A DNA stretch of 64,000 nucleotides from Octopus bimaculoides (lineage: Eukaryota): NCBI RefSeq assembly GCF_001194135.2, contig NC_068997.1:49174502-49238501 (forward strand). Direction: 5' to 3'. A model generated the notes under the pieces. That model had not been told where the DNA came from. It did not search any database and saw only the letters and a program-made list of their open reading frames with translations. Made by a program: the position numbers and the translations under genes. Shown piece by piece: positions 23,897 through 38,056 of the stretch (its first letter is position 1; each line of letters starts with the position of its first letter).

Positions 23897-25130
23897 GTTG
23901 GACAAAATAATGGAAACACCCTAAAATTTCAAACAAATTTATTTTAGTAAGGAGTAGGATCGCTACTGGCAGTAAATACTGCTTGAATTCTACGAGGTAT
24001 GGACTCCTACAAATTTGAATTGGTTCCAAAGGAATGTTTGTCCATTCTTCAGCTAAAACAGTCTTCAGTTCTTGTAGTGACGATGGTGAAGGATATCGAT
24101 TCATTACTAAAATGCACCATAGATGTTCGATACTATTGAGATCTGGGGACTGTGGTGGCTAGATAAGATGTTCAAACTACACTAGAATGTCTTTCGTGGC
24201 TATTCAGTAACAAATTTAGCTGTATGAATTGGTGCATTATTATCCTGAAAGATTACATTTCCATCCGGAAACAGTTCCACAACCATAGGATGAATTCGAT
24301 CATATAAAATGCTTAAATAGTCTTGATTATTTATTCTGCCATGAAGGAAAAACCATTGGGCCCGGCGGATTTCCAAGATATAGCCCTCCAGATCATCAAA
24401 GGTCCTCTTCCATGTTTAACAGTTGAAAGAAGGCAGTCTGGGTCAAATGCTTCTTTTGGCTATCTTCACATACATACTCGGCCGGTGGTCAGAAATAAGG
24501 ATGTCTCGTCCGAGAAAATAACATTCTTCCACTGCTCTAGGGATCAGTTCTGTAGGTTTTGACTCCACTTTAAACGCTTTGCAGCATTTGTCTTTGAAAG
24601 TAGTGGTTTTCTGATTGCAGCCATCCCATGAAATCCGGCTTTCTGCAGCTCCCGGTGAACAGTTTTTGTGGAAACTGGGTTCTCGAGGTGGTCATTAAGC
24701 TCTGTAGTAATTTTGAGAGCTGTACTTTTGTGATCCTTTCTAACAATTCGCGTAAAATTCCGAAGATCTCTATCTGAAAGTTTTGGTTTTCTTCCGGAGT
24801 TTTGTTTCGACGAGGAGGTTTTTTCCTCTTTCTCAAAGGCTGTCATTACTTTCGAGACAGTACTTCTTGATACACCAAACATTTCGGATGTGTTCGTTAC
24901 GCTAGTGCCTGCACCAACAATTTGATCTCTTACGAGCACCAACAATTTACCTCTTTGAAAGTCCGATCGATTTGTTATTTTAATGAATTTTAATTCCTTA
25001 TTTCTGATGATATTTGAAAGGGAAACGGCAATTTTAGCAAAACATATTAAGCAACACTTATAATAAATAAAAAAACATAAAAATAAACAAGCTTTTGACG
25101 ATTTTATAGATATTTCAAAATTATGATGCN
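23891..25130 (-). mobile_element. Decayed Tc1-family DNA transposon
   Basis: TIR-like AGGGGTTGGACAAAATAATGGAAACACC at ~23892-23919. Transposase remnant ~24985-23944 reads SDFQRG...VSRSTVSKV...SGRKPKLSDRD...HGMAAIRKPLL...WKNVIFSDE...IFQDNNAPIH with stops and frameshifts. The other end runs into a gap. Confidence 0.9.
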
Positions 25131-26004
25131 NNNNNNNNNNNNNNNNNNNNNNNNNNNNNNNNNNNNNNNNNNNNNNNNNNNNNNNNNNNNNNNNNNNNNN
25201 NNNNNNNNNNNNNNNNNNNNNNNNNNNNNNNNNNNNNNNNNNNNNNNNNNNNNNNNNNNNNNNNNNNNNNNNNNNNNNNNNNNNNNNNNNNNNNNNNNNN
25301 NNNNNNNNNNNNNNNNNNNNNNNNNNNNNNNNNNNNNNNNNNNNNNNNNNNNNNNNNNNNNNNNNNNNNNNNNNNNNNNNNNNNNNNNNNNNNNNNNNNN
25401 NNNNNNNNNNNNNNNNNNNNNNNNNNNNNNNNNNNNCCACCACCCACCACTACCACCACCCACCACTACCACCACCCACCACTACCACCACCCACCACTA
25501 CCACCACCACCATTTGTTCAGTTATACCTATTGTGAATAATTGTTTGTTACTTCCTCCCATAGGATAGTCTTCAACAGAAAATCACACAGCCCTCTCATC
25601 GAGAGTAGGCAATAAAACATAAATATATATATATATATATTATATATCCATATATATATATATGTATATGTTATAAATACATACACACATATATATCTGC
25701 ACCTAAACATATATACATATAAACACTTTTTAGTTATTTATTGTCTTCTCAATGATATTATTACTTCACCTTTAAACATAGGCTCTCAAATCAAGTCTGA
25801 CCAAACTAATAAAACTTCAAAGGTAAAACAAACTCGTAGTTTATCTAAGCCGTAATTTAATTTTCATTCTTCATCCTTTTGTTATTTCTAATCGGCTCAC
25901 TTTCTGATCTTCTCCATACTGGATCACTGCCAATGAAAGATTCCTGTAACGAGGTCTTAACATTTGATAGCATATTTCCAGAGTTTGTTAGTTGCATGTC
26001 TTTG

Positions 26005-26011
<7 letters not shown>

Positions 26012-26100
<89 letters not shown>

Positions 26101-26145
26101 TGTGTGTGTGTGTGTGTGTGCGTGTGTGTGCGTGTGTGTGTGTGA
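26012..26145 (+). repeat. (TG)n microsatellite
   Basis: Visible directly. Confidence 0.95.
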
Positions 26146-26547
26146 GTATGCGATTTAAAAAACTTTCAACTCCGTACAATTGTCGTTGGTATTATTATTC
26201 TTCAAGCCATCCAATTTTGCTTCTTACTCAAGAGAGTCGTGAAGCTGGAATCCTCAAGCACCTTCTCCAAAGGTTCCAGTTAGAACGAACTTTCCGGAAG
26301 GATTCCGAAGCGTGACCAAGTGGAGACTATTGATATTATCCAGTCAACTCGTTCTTGGGTCTACTCGTTCATCTCTTGCAGATTGAAGAATCCGTCTTGC
26401 GATTCTTTACTGCGACATTCTAATCGCATTTCCATAGTACTTGAACTCTGACCTCACAAAGTAGAGAAGTAGCGGATCACCTTGGAGAAACATCGTGATC
26501 GCACAACGCACTGTATCGAGTAGCGTTGCTCCAGAGGAGAAACACAA

Positions 26548-26558
26548 TTCTGGCCATC

Positions 26559-26630
<72 letters not shown>

Positions 26631-26937
26631 TATTATTATTATTATTAGCTGGCAGAAACGTTAGCACGCCGGGCGAAANNNNNNNNNNNNNNNNNNNNNN
26701 NNNNNNNNNNNNNNNNNNNNNNNNNNNNNNNNNNNNNNNNNNNNNNNNNNNNNNNNNNNNNNNNNNNNNNNNNNNNNNNNNNNNNNNNNNNNNNNNNNNN
26801 NNNNNNNNNNNNNNNNNNNNNNNNNNNNNNTATAATCGACTTAATCCGTTTGTCTGTCCTTGTTTGTCCCCTCTGTGTGTAGCCCCTTGTGGGCAGTAAA
26901 GAAATAATAATTATTATTATTATTATTACTATTATTA

Positions 26938-27002
<65 letters not shown>

Positions 27003-27007
27003 ATTAC

Positions 27008-27061
<54 letters not shown>

Positions 27062-27169
27062 CATTCCTTCGTAAAGCAGTATAGGTGTAAATGTACCGGA
27101 GTCTTTAGTCATTTGTCAAGTCACAAGAAGGACCTCAGACAGGTAATACGTTCCTTAAGATGAGCGTTG

Positions 27170-27220
<51 letters not shown>
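26548..27220 (+). repeat. (TTA)n arrays flanking SINE B
   Basis: Arrays at ~26548-26647, 26905-27062 and 27170-27220. Confidence 0.95.
26648..26905 (+). mobile_element. SINE B (centre in a gap), embedded in (TTA)n
   Basis: GCTGGCAGAAACGTTAGCACGCCGGGCGAAA, gap, then tail CCCCTCTGTGTGTAGCCCCTTGTGGGCAGTAAAGAAATA. Confidence 0.85.
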
Positions 27221-27221
<1 letters not shown>

Positions 27222-27333
27222 TTAGAGATTGCCTTTGACTCTCGTCATTTCGGGGTCGATAAAATAAATACCAGTTGAACAGTGGGGACGTTGTTGTCGA
27301 AATTGCTGGTGTTGTGTAAAAATTTAAAATCAA

Positions 27334-27364
<31 letters not shown>

Positions 27365-28029
27365 GTCATCATTTTTAATCTGATAAAACTATGATAATGA
27401 ATTGAGTAAAGAGCAGACGATATCTAAATGGTTTGGATGTTCAGAGGAATTTTTAATGTATTCCGTTGTTATTTCAAAGAATTAAAATTTTATTCCCATT
27501 TTAATAGATTCTATAAATAAGGCTACGCCCCACCACACATTCACACACACAAACACACACACACCTTTTCTCTCACAGGCAAACTTACACATATACATAA
27601 TACATAGAGAGAGACACACCGCTCACTAATGATTTCTGAGGAGCAGACGATATTTTCCGCCATGATTTGAGGGAAGAAGGCAATGTCCTTTCCGGAAATA
27701 ATCAATAAACCAAGATTGTGGAAACAATCGATCGATAGCCAAATAACAGTCTATATCATGCACTTTTATTCCTCTACTTATTCGTAGTTTTGTATCATTT
27801 ATCTCACCCTTCGAACCACCACTCATTAAAATTCGTCCTTCCTCGAAACCTTACAGTCTTACATTCTCATCTTTCCGGCATTCACTCCTCCTCACACCGT
27901 TAGTTACAACCCTTTTAACAACCTCTCCGATCCATTATGCCTTCTTTTATATTTTTTTTCTTTGATTTCGTTTGCGTTTTCCGCCTCTGTTTTCATCATT
28001 CATTCCACCCGGGACTTTTCCTTTCTCTC

Positions 28030-28062
<33 letters not shown>

Positions 28063-28678
28063 TATCTCTATCAGGACCGGATAATTATTACGGAACTGGG
28101 CGTAAAAAAAATATTGATTTGGACGAATACGCATACCCACACACACAAACACACATATAAATATATTTGTAAAGATATATATATATATATATATNNNNNN
28201 NNNNATATATACATACATACATACATACATACATACATACGTAGACCAGTTCTTGTTTTCCTGTTGTAAGTCATGGGATTGAGGCTAAACTGGGGCAACG
28301 CATTCAAGGTTTTTAATCGGTCACTTCGACATCGGTGCATGATTTGGCCACTTAGTTTGTGAAATGCTAATAACAGGATATAGCATAAATGATATTGTAA
28401 CCCGTAAATATTGATACACATAGAGATCACAGTTATATATATATATATATAGGTTAGTTTTTCCTTGGGAATGGCCAGATTGGAGCAATTTCGAGTATAA
28501 CCAGCCGAAATTGCAAAGATAATCTGGAACTCGACTGAGGAAAGAAAACTCCGAATCAATCGTCCTTGTTTTCTTTGCATCATCTATCTGGATGTTTTGC
28601 TGTCCCATTTTTGTATTTATATATATATATAAATATATATATATAATATGTATGTGTATGTATATGTGCGTATATCAA

Positions 28679-28739
<61 letters not shown>

Positions 28740-29665
28740 NNNNNNNNNNNNNNNNNNNNNNNNNNNNNNNNNNNNNNNNNNNNNNNNNNNNNNNNNNNNN
28801 NNNNNNNNNNNNNNNNNNNNNNNNNNNNNNNNNNNNNNNNNNNNNNNNNNNNNNNNNNNNNNNNNNNNNNNNNNNNNNNNNNNNNNNNNNNNNNNNNNNN
28901 NNNNNNNNNNNNNNNNNNNNNNNNNNNNNNNNNNNNNNNNNNNNNNNNNNNNNNNNNNNNNNNNNNNNNNNNNNNNNNNNNNNNNNNNNNNNNNNNNNNN
29001 NNNNNNNNNNNNNNNNNNNNNNNNNNNNNNNNNNNNNNNNNNNNNNNNNNNNNNNNNNNNNNNNNNNNNNNNNNNNNNNNNNNNNNNNNNNNNNNNNNNN
29101 NNNNNNNNNNNNNNNNNNNNNNNNNNNNNNNNNNNNNNNNNNNNNNNNNNNNNNNNNNNNNNNNNNNNNNNNNNNNNNNNNNNNNNNNNNNNNNNNNNNN
29201 NNNNNNNNNNNNNNNNNNNNNNNNNNNNNNNNNNNNNNNNNNNNNNNNNNNNNNNNNNNNNNNNNNNNNNNNNNNNNNNNNNNNNNNNNNNNNNNNNNNN
29301 NNNNNNNNNNNNNNNNNNNNNNNNNNNNNNNNNNNNNNNNNNNNNNNNNNNNNNNNNNNNNNNNNNNNNNNNNNNNNNNNNNNNNNNNNNNNNNNNNNNN
29401 NNNNNNNNNNNNNNNNNNNNNNNNNNNNNNNNNNNNNNNNNNNNNNNNNNNNNNNNNNNNNNNNNNNNNNNNNNNNNNNNNNNNNNNNNNNNNNNNNNNN
29501 NNNNNNNNNNNNNNNNNNNNNNNNNNNNNNNNNNNNNNNNNNNNNNNNNNNNNNNNNNNNNNNNNNNNNNNNNNNNNNNNNNNNNNNNNNNNNNNNNNNN
29601 NNNNNNNNNNNNNNNNNNNNNNNNNNNNNNNNNNNNNNNNNNNNNNNNNNNNNNNNNNNNNNNNN

Positions 29666-29701
<36 letters not shown>

Positions 29702-29949
29702 CATTTCGCATAACGTAATTGAAAGTGATTAAATTAAACAACGGAGATCCATACCTCCACTCCGTCTTTCTGCCTACTCTTCCTCCTCCCTCCTTCCCTT
29801 TGCCCTTCGCTACTCTCTTCCCTCCTCTACACTCTCCTATTAAGAGATTAGTTTCGTGTTTTCACACAAACGTATAAATTACGTGACCGCTGATGGAGTG
29901 TGGTCTGGTCTATTTACGATGCTGTGGCGTGACTGAGTTGAAGACAAGA

Positions 29950-30335
29950 CGGAGGGTAGTGCTGGTGGTGGAGGTAGTGGTAGTGGTCGTGATGGTCGTA
30001 GTGGTGGTGGGGCAAGGGTATGGAAGTGTGAGCGTGGGGGAAGTGGTCGAGACGTGAAGAACTGAATGACTACGTGAAACATGATGGAAGATGATCGAAG
30101 GAAGGAAGGAAGGAAGGGAAGAAGGAAGGGGAAGTGGGAGAGCAGTGTTGACAATGATGATGATGAGGAGGAGGAAGGAGGATAGATGATGACTATGGGT
30201 TCGATGGTGAGAGTGGTGGTGGTGGTGATGATGGTGGTGGTGGTAATGGTGGTGGTGGTGGCGTTGGTGGTCGTCGCCATCATGATGGTGATGTGTAAGA
30301 ATATGCAAGGAGATCGAGGAGCAGGAGGAGAAGGA

Positions 30336-30400
<65 letters not shown>

Positions 30401-30404
30401 GTAA

Positions 30405-30435
<31 letters not shown>

Positions 30436-30441
30436 AAGAAG
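29950..30441 (+). repeat. Compound GGT/GAT/AAT/GAA repeats
   Basis: Visible directly; runs into a gap. Confidence 0.9.
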
Positions 30442-31321
30442 NNNNNNNNNNNNNNNNNNNNNNNNNNNNNNNNNNNNNNNNNNNNNNNNNNNNNNNNNNN
30501 NNNNNNNNNNNNNNNNNNNNNNNNNNNNNNNNNNNNNNNNNNNNNNNNNNNNNNNNNNNNNNNNNNNNNNNNNNNNNNNNNNNNNNNNNNNNNNNNNNNN
30601 NNNNNNNNNNNNNNNNNNNNNNNNNNNNNNNNNNNNNNNNNNNNNNNNNNNNNNNNNNNNNNNNNNNNNNNNNNNNNNNNNNNNNNNNNNNNNNNNNNNN
30701 NNNNNNNNNNNNNNNNNNNNNNNNNNNNNNNNNNNNNNNNNNNNNNNNNNNNNNNNNNNNNNNNNNNNNNNNNNNNNNNNNNNNNNNNNNNNNNNNNNNN
30801 NNNNNNNNNNNNNNNNNNNNNNNNNNNNNNNNNNNNNNNNNNNNNNNNNNNNNNNNNNNNNNNNNNNNNNNNNNNNNNNNNNNNNNNNNNNNNNNNNNNN
30901 NNNNNNNNNNNNNNNNNNNNNNNNNNNNNNNNNNNNNNNNNNNNNNNNNNNNNNNNNNNNNNNNNNNNNNNNNNNNNNNNNNNNNNNNNNNNNNNNNNNN
31001 NNNNNNNNNNNNNNNNNNNNNNNNNNNNNNNNNNNNNNNNNNNNNNNNNNNNNNNNNNNNNNNNNNNNNNNNNNNNNNNNNNNNNNNNNNNNNNNNNNNN
31101 NNNNNNNNNNNNNNNNNNNNNNNNNNNNNNNNNNNNNNNNNNNNNNNNNNNNNNNNNNNNNNNNNNNNNNNNNNNNNNNNNNNNNNNNNNNNNNNNNNNN
31201 NNNNNNNNNNNNNNNNNNNNNNNNNNNNNNNNNNNNNNNNNNNNNNNNNNNNNNNNNNNNNNNNNNNNNNNNNNNNNNNNNNNNNNNNNNNNNNNNNNNN
31301 NNNNNNNNNNNNNNNNNNNNN

Positions 31322-31357
<36 letters not shown>

Positions 31358-33957
31358 GTATGTATATATATACAAAATTGTTCAGTACTGTTCGTCGTAC
31401 AATAGTCATTTATATAACGGTCATCGTTGGCCATAACTGAGAATAATTGACCTCTAAGATACATTTATATTCCTCAACTGTGCCACCACCACCACCACCA
31501 ACAACAACAACTCCACCACAACCATTGCTATTACCAATGTTATGGTCAGCAACAACCCCACCGTCACAACATCGTTATCGTTACTAAAATCCCTTAAAAC
31601 AGGAACAATATTTCCTTAGCTTTTTCCTTCATCATCAAGTGGTCGCATCCAAAATGCGTTTCGCAACTCTGTAACAGAAGTCCCTGCATCCCACCCCGTT
31701 ATCTTTTCCGTGTGTTTAATCGATCTTTGTCCAACATTATGGTACAGTAGAATTTTCCAAAATACTTCATCCGATATGGCCTGGTGTTTCATCACGATAG
31801 TTTTTGCCAAGAAATCCAACCGTAAGTTAAGCAAATACACAGAATGTGTCTATAAATATCCGCTTTGGTTTTGTGCTAACGAAATTTAATATTTTGGCCC
31901 TTGTTGAGAAGCCTGGTATGCAACATCAAAACCATCTTGTAGTTGCTTCTATTAAGTCCAGCTTTTGAATTCATAGAGAAGAATTCTATCCATGTTCACT
32001 GAAGACCAACCTTGTTCATTTTGAAATACTTGATCGCAAAGTTTTTTGAAACTGATTACAGGTACATATTCCAGGTAAGTCCCTTTGGCGTAAAAATATC
32101 TTTCTTGCTCTCAGCCACATAGGATCTAAAGTACTTGAATTAAGTCCAAGTCACCTTTGTTAATAAAGAAAATAATTCTTAAGTGTGAGATGCTCTGAGG
32201 CTTGAAACAAGTACTTCGGCTAGTCATGAGAGGCGAAACTAGTTAATTTTAACATATAAGATTGCCAGAGGTTTTGAAGCTGGTTACAGGTTTACCAGGC
32301 ATATCCCTTGCGCGCCATGAATTCATCTTACTAACAGAAATATAGGACTCAAGATAATGAAAATCATTGAAAGACAGTTACGCAAATTTTATTTAAAAAA
32401 TTACATGATTACCATATGTTTTGAAGCAGGTAACAAAACACACCAGGTAAGCCCCTTGTGAGTCAAAAATTATCAGCAACGTAGGACTCAAGGTAGTTCA
32501 AGCTACTAACCTCCTAAATAGTTAATACCTGCTATCATTTGATCCACGTCGTTACTTGAATTACATGTAATATTGTGGTTTATTATGGACCAGAAGAATA
32601 AACAAAATAACACAAAATAGAACAGTAATAATTATACAACCAGTGAAAAAAGGCCGGATATGCAAACGAAACGTTTGGATTCACATGTTTTGGTTACAAC
32701 CGTTTTCTCATTCGCTTTACCAAATCACCGATATACAAAAAGGGTTTGTTGCTATACAAAACACATTACAACTGAAGCTGTAAATTTAATCAAATATGCA
32801 TGAACAATCGTTTTGTAAACATACAAATGAATACAACAAACACAACAAACACACATACACTCACGCACACACACTCACACACACATACACACACGAAAAA
32901 ACAAGCACGAATACACACTGGCATGCCAAAATACACACAGATATAGACACACATGTGTATATATTTATATATATGAATATATCAATATATGTATGAATGC
33001 ATCTATATATGTATGTATGTATGTATGTATCTATCTATCTATCTATTTATATATCTATCTATCTATATATATATATANNNNNNNNNNNNNNNNNNNNNNN
33101 NNNNNNNNNNNNNNNNNNNNNNNNNNNNNNNNNNNNNNNNNNNNNNNNNNNNNNNNNNNNNNNNNNNNNNNNNNNNNNNNNNNNNNNNNNNNNNNNNNNN
33201 NNNNNNNNNNNNNNNNNNNNNNNNNNNNNNNNNNNNNNNNNNNNNNNNNNNNNNNNNNNNNNNNNNNNNNNNNNNNNNNNNNNNNNNNNNNNNNNNNNNN
33301 NNNNNNNNNNNNNNNNNNNNNNNNNNNNNNNNNNNNNNNNNNNNNNNNNNNNNNNNNNNNNNNNNNNNNNNNNNNNNNNNNNNNNNNNNNNNNNNNNNNN
33401 NNNNNNNNNNNNNNNNNNNNNNNNNNNNNNNNNNNNNNNNNNNNNNNNNNNNNNNNNNNNNNNNNNNNNNNNNNNNNNNNNNNNNNNNNNNNNNNNNNNN
33501 NNNNNNNNNNNNNNNNNNNNNNNNNNNNNNNNNNNNNNNNNNNNNNNNNNNNNNNNNNNNNNNNNNNNNNNNNNNNNNNNNNNNNNNNNNNNNNNNNNNN
33601 NNNNNNNNNNNNNNNNNNNNNNNNNNNNNNNNNNNNNNNNNNNNNNNNNNNNNNNNNNNNNNNNNNNNNNNNNNNNNNNNNNNNNNNNNNNNNNNNNNNN
33701 NNNNNNNNNNNNNNNNNNNNNNNNNNNNNNNNNNNNNNNNNNNNNNNNNNNNNNNNNNNNNNNNNNNNNNNNNNNNNNNNNNNNNNNNNNNNNNNNNNNN
33801 NNNNNNNNNNNNNNNNNNNNNNNNNNNNNNNNNNNNNNNNNNNNNNNNNNNNNNNNNNNNNNNNNNNNNNNNNNNNNNNNNNNNNNNNNNNNNNNNNNNN
33901 NNNNNNNNNNNNNNNNNNNNNNNNNNNNNNNNNNNNNNNNNNNNNNNNNNNNNNNNN

Positions 33958-33993
<36 letters not shown>

Positions 33994-34394
33994 ATATGCA
34001 GAAATAGAGGGGTGGAGTGAGAGACGGTCAGACAGGTAGAGAGAGAGGGGCAGAGAGAGAAGGTGAGATAAAGAGGTAGATATGTACGCACACCGATACA
34101 TATATATACACAGTCTACATACAGGCATATATACATATGTACACACACATACATAGATACATACATACATACATATGTACACATACATACATACATACAT
34201 ACATACAGTTCTACATATATACATACATACATACATACAGTTCTACATATATACGGTAGCGTAGACACGTAATTCCATTGAGTTCTGCGTGCAACAGTTC
34301 CAGATTAGCGGTTCCAGAGAAAGCCATCACCATTCCGTCCATACTTCCGTACCCAATTATATTGTCAGTTTCAATATTCTACTCGCAAAGTAGC

Positions 34395-34443
34395 AATAAT
34401 AATAATAACAATAATAACAATAACATCAAAATCAACAGCTGAA

Positions 34444-34496
<53 letters not shown>

Positions 34497-34504
34497 TGAT
34501 GATG

Positions 34505-34538
<34 letters not shown>

Positions 34539-34555
34539 TAATAATAATAATAATG

Positions 34556-34607
<52 letters not shown>

Positions 34608-34654
34608 TAATAATAATAATAATAATAATAATGATAATAATAATAATAATAATG

Positions 34655-34685
<31 letters not shown>

Positions 34686-34738
34686 TAATAATAATAATAA
34701 TGATGATAATAATAATAATAATAAAAATAATAATAATG

Positions 34739-34775
<37 letters not shown>

Positions 34776-34965
34776 TAATAATAATAATGATAATAATAAT
34801 AATGATAATAATAATGAATATTGTAATTGTTATTAATATTCCTATTAAAAGAAATCATTATTAGGAATAAATCATAGTTAATATTATTATTATTTTTATC
34901 ATCATCGTCATCGTCATCATAATCATCATCGTATCCTCATCAACATCATCATCATCATCACCACT

Positions 34966-34996
<31 letters not shown>

Positions 34997-35045
34997 TCAT
35001 CATCGTCATCACCACCATCATCATCATCATCATCATCATCACCGC
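34395..35045 (+). repeat. Long (AAT)n/(GAT) array followed by (CAT)n
   Basis: About 430 bp of AAT with GAT interruptions, then CAT/CAC repeats. Confidence 0.95.
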
Positions 35046-36781
35046 CATCAGGAAAGCTAACAAGAACAACAGCAAGTGGTGTCGTTGTTGCCGTTCATTA
35101 TAATGCGATTTATGTGCGTGTGATTGGCTCTGTTTATTTTCCAAGTGAAAGAAGAGAGAGAGGAGGGAGAGAAAGACAAAAAAGACATAGGGAGAGAGAG
35201 AGAAAGACAGAGAAAGGGAGAGAGAAAGAAAGTGAGGGAGAGACAGAGAGAAGCCATTCATCAGCATCAAACACCGAATTCTAACTCCCACACACCAATG
35301 TGTTTTTCGTTAGTGTAACCTACATCAATGATTTGTTATTTTTGTTTTACCAATGTATCTATGTATTTACATCTACAGCTCAATATATGTGTTATGGACT
35401 CATATACGTACATACATACATATCTATCAATTTATACGTATATATATATATATATATACATATATATATACGCATTCACATACATACATGCATACACACA
35501 TGTATTTCTTTTGCTTTCCTTTTATATATGATTCTCGCCTTGGACAGAAGATTATACAGCGTTGCAGCGAAAAATATATATAACTAACAAAATGAGCGAT
35601 GACATTTTCTAGAAACTTAATTCCATCTCTTCATTTCGACTTTGAGGGTTGTGGGATGTTTTATTTTACTTAATCAATTATGTTTTAGAAACCCAGCTAC
35701 CAAATAACGGCCTCGCTCATAAATCTGTAAAATTATGAATGGTCCATAAGAAATATGTTTGGTAAGTTTATAGGCTTGACCTGATCCTATCTGTGTTTCT
35801 TAGAGGTCAGACAATCGTGTTTTTTTTTTCAAAAGTAAGACAAGCATTTCTTTCTTTAGAATGATAAAATCTTAAACAAAGAAGGCCATTAGATAACAAA
35901 CGCTTCAACATTAAACTCGTCAACAAAGGCGAAACAAAGAACAAGGATCGATATTATCGACCCAAAAAGGAAACAAAATAAAACACATTGAATCAGTGCT
36001 CCAATATGGCCACAGTCTAAAAGCTGAAGATGAAACTAGTTAATGAATAAACGATAAGGAATAAATTTAACAGCAGTTCAGTCAAGTAGATCCTATAATT
36101 TACTTTAAACATACGGGGATGTGAATGTATATGCGTTAGTAAACGTGTGTTTGTCTGAGCATCCATTTTTGTTTTGACCACGAGTGTCTGCGCGAGCGCG
36201 TATCTGTGAGTCTTTCTGTGTGAGTGTATGGATATGTGTGCGGCAATGTCCAAAGAAAAAAATATAAAATAAAAAGAAACTAAACAAACTTCAAGACTAT
36301 ATTTAGCGTACGTCCATTTTGCATTTCTGTGGGCATACAGCATCTTCCTCACTGCAAAATGCTTCGAAGGAAATGGTTGTTAAAAATTTATGGCTGGCCT
36401 CATACCAAATATTAGGGTGGTACCTGCTTTAAATATTATCGCCCTCCCTCACTAAAAATTATTGTTTCTTCCCAGTGAAATATTATGTGAGCTACCATCG
36501 AAAGTTAATGGGCACTCTCTCAAAAAATTAGCATATCTGATGGCTTACAATTCGCACGTATTTTCCAACAAATGTCTCATAAAATCTAATTGATTCCTAT
36601 AAAGACAACTTCAGGATTTATGTTACTGCATGCGGTTGTGCAAAAATAAAATTCAGCCAAAATTGCGGTGCGTGCATTATATAAGCCCGTGTACCATATA
36701 ATACATTACTTAGGTTGCTGCTTTTCTTCAGAGTGGAGATATATTTCAATTAAAAATGAAACTTATGTTAAACCCTTGTAA

Positions 36782-36817
<36 letters not shown>

Positions 36818-36848
36818 GATATATATATATATATGTATNNNNNNNNNN

Positions 36849-36880
<32 letters not shown>

Positions 36881-37779
36881 ATATATATATAGATATAGAT
36901 ATATATATATGAAGATATATGTATACATATTCATTAACTCCAACATCCATACATCAAGCTATTCAACCACCCATCAATTAACCGATCCATCCATCCACCC
37001 AGCCATCTATCGATACATAGATACAAATGGTTGCGGTTCCAACATTATCTCTTTGAGATCCTCAAACCACAAAGACATTTAATTCTTTGCCAATTAAATA
37101 AAAAGAGAATGATATAGAAAAAAAAATAATAATACTACAAAGGAAACGAAAAATGCTATGAAAAATAGTGACTGATCAAAAGTTGAGAAAAAGATTTTAG
37201 TTACGATAACATAGGTCTATGAACATATATATATAGACATAGTCTTTAATGAACTAGGCGGAAGTCCGTTATATCTACAGCAGGAGATGAACGGCAGACA
37301 TCCGACCTTCTCTCATGTTGCCTTCCTTCGTTTAGTGATTGTTTGTTAGAATAAAATGTCGAGATCTTTGCCAGCTATGAAGCCAGACTCTCCCTCTCTC
37401 CATCATGTCTTTCTATCTCAGATATATTATTGAAAGTATTTGAAACTTTACGGCTGTCTTTGAAGTGCTGTTTTAGACTGTTTATTATAATAAATATAAT
37501 ATATTATAATCGATACTTTATACACATATTTGGAAGTTTTTCTTCATTATGCTATTAAAATGTAATATATTTCTTGTAAGAGCGCCAAACTTCAAGTCCC
37601 CTTGAGTGCCTGAGCACTAAGGTTGTTTCTCAGTGCTGCGGGTTAATATCGTGTTGATTAAAGCGGCGAGCCGGCAGAATTGTTAGCAGCCCGGGAAAAA
37701 TCCTTGGTTGAAATGTTGTTAGTAAAATAGATTGGTTTTGGTTAAAGTGGTGTTATTACTCCAAATGATTCCTCTGACA

Positions 37780-38005
37780 CTCAGTTCATTCCTCACTTTT
37801 CATTCAAACTAACTTCACACATTCCGCAGTGTATCCTTGATTCATTTCTCCACAGCCCTCACACATTCAGTGCCCATCCATGGCTCAAAGCAATGCAGCA
37901 TTGCAGTCCATACACAAACCTCGTATAATCTGCCTTTCACATGGAATGAATATCTCTTTTTTGCGAGTGGAAGTAATATATCCTTGATCTGCCATCCTTA
38001 TCACA
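37780..38005 (-). mobile_element. Decayed RTE-clade LINE fragment
   Basis: Minus strand reads ...KRYSFHVKGRLYEVCVWTAMLHCFEPW..., matching RTE SLRVKGRLY.ACVR.AMLHGSETW. Confidence 0.75.
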
Positions 38006-38056
38006 TACCCATCCCTTCACCCAACATTAGCGTTTACTTGCCCGAAGTTGGCAATT

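Noticed and set aside
28490-28570. Second hammerhead-like string CTGAGGA...CTCCGAA...GTC
   Set aside because: Stems I and II do not pair in register and GAAA is incomplete; at most a decayed repeat terminus.
35689-35761. Plus-strand segment with a good acceptor and TTG|GTAAGT donor
   Set aside because: Stops in all three frames; it could only be UTR or non-coding, and there is no further support.
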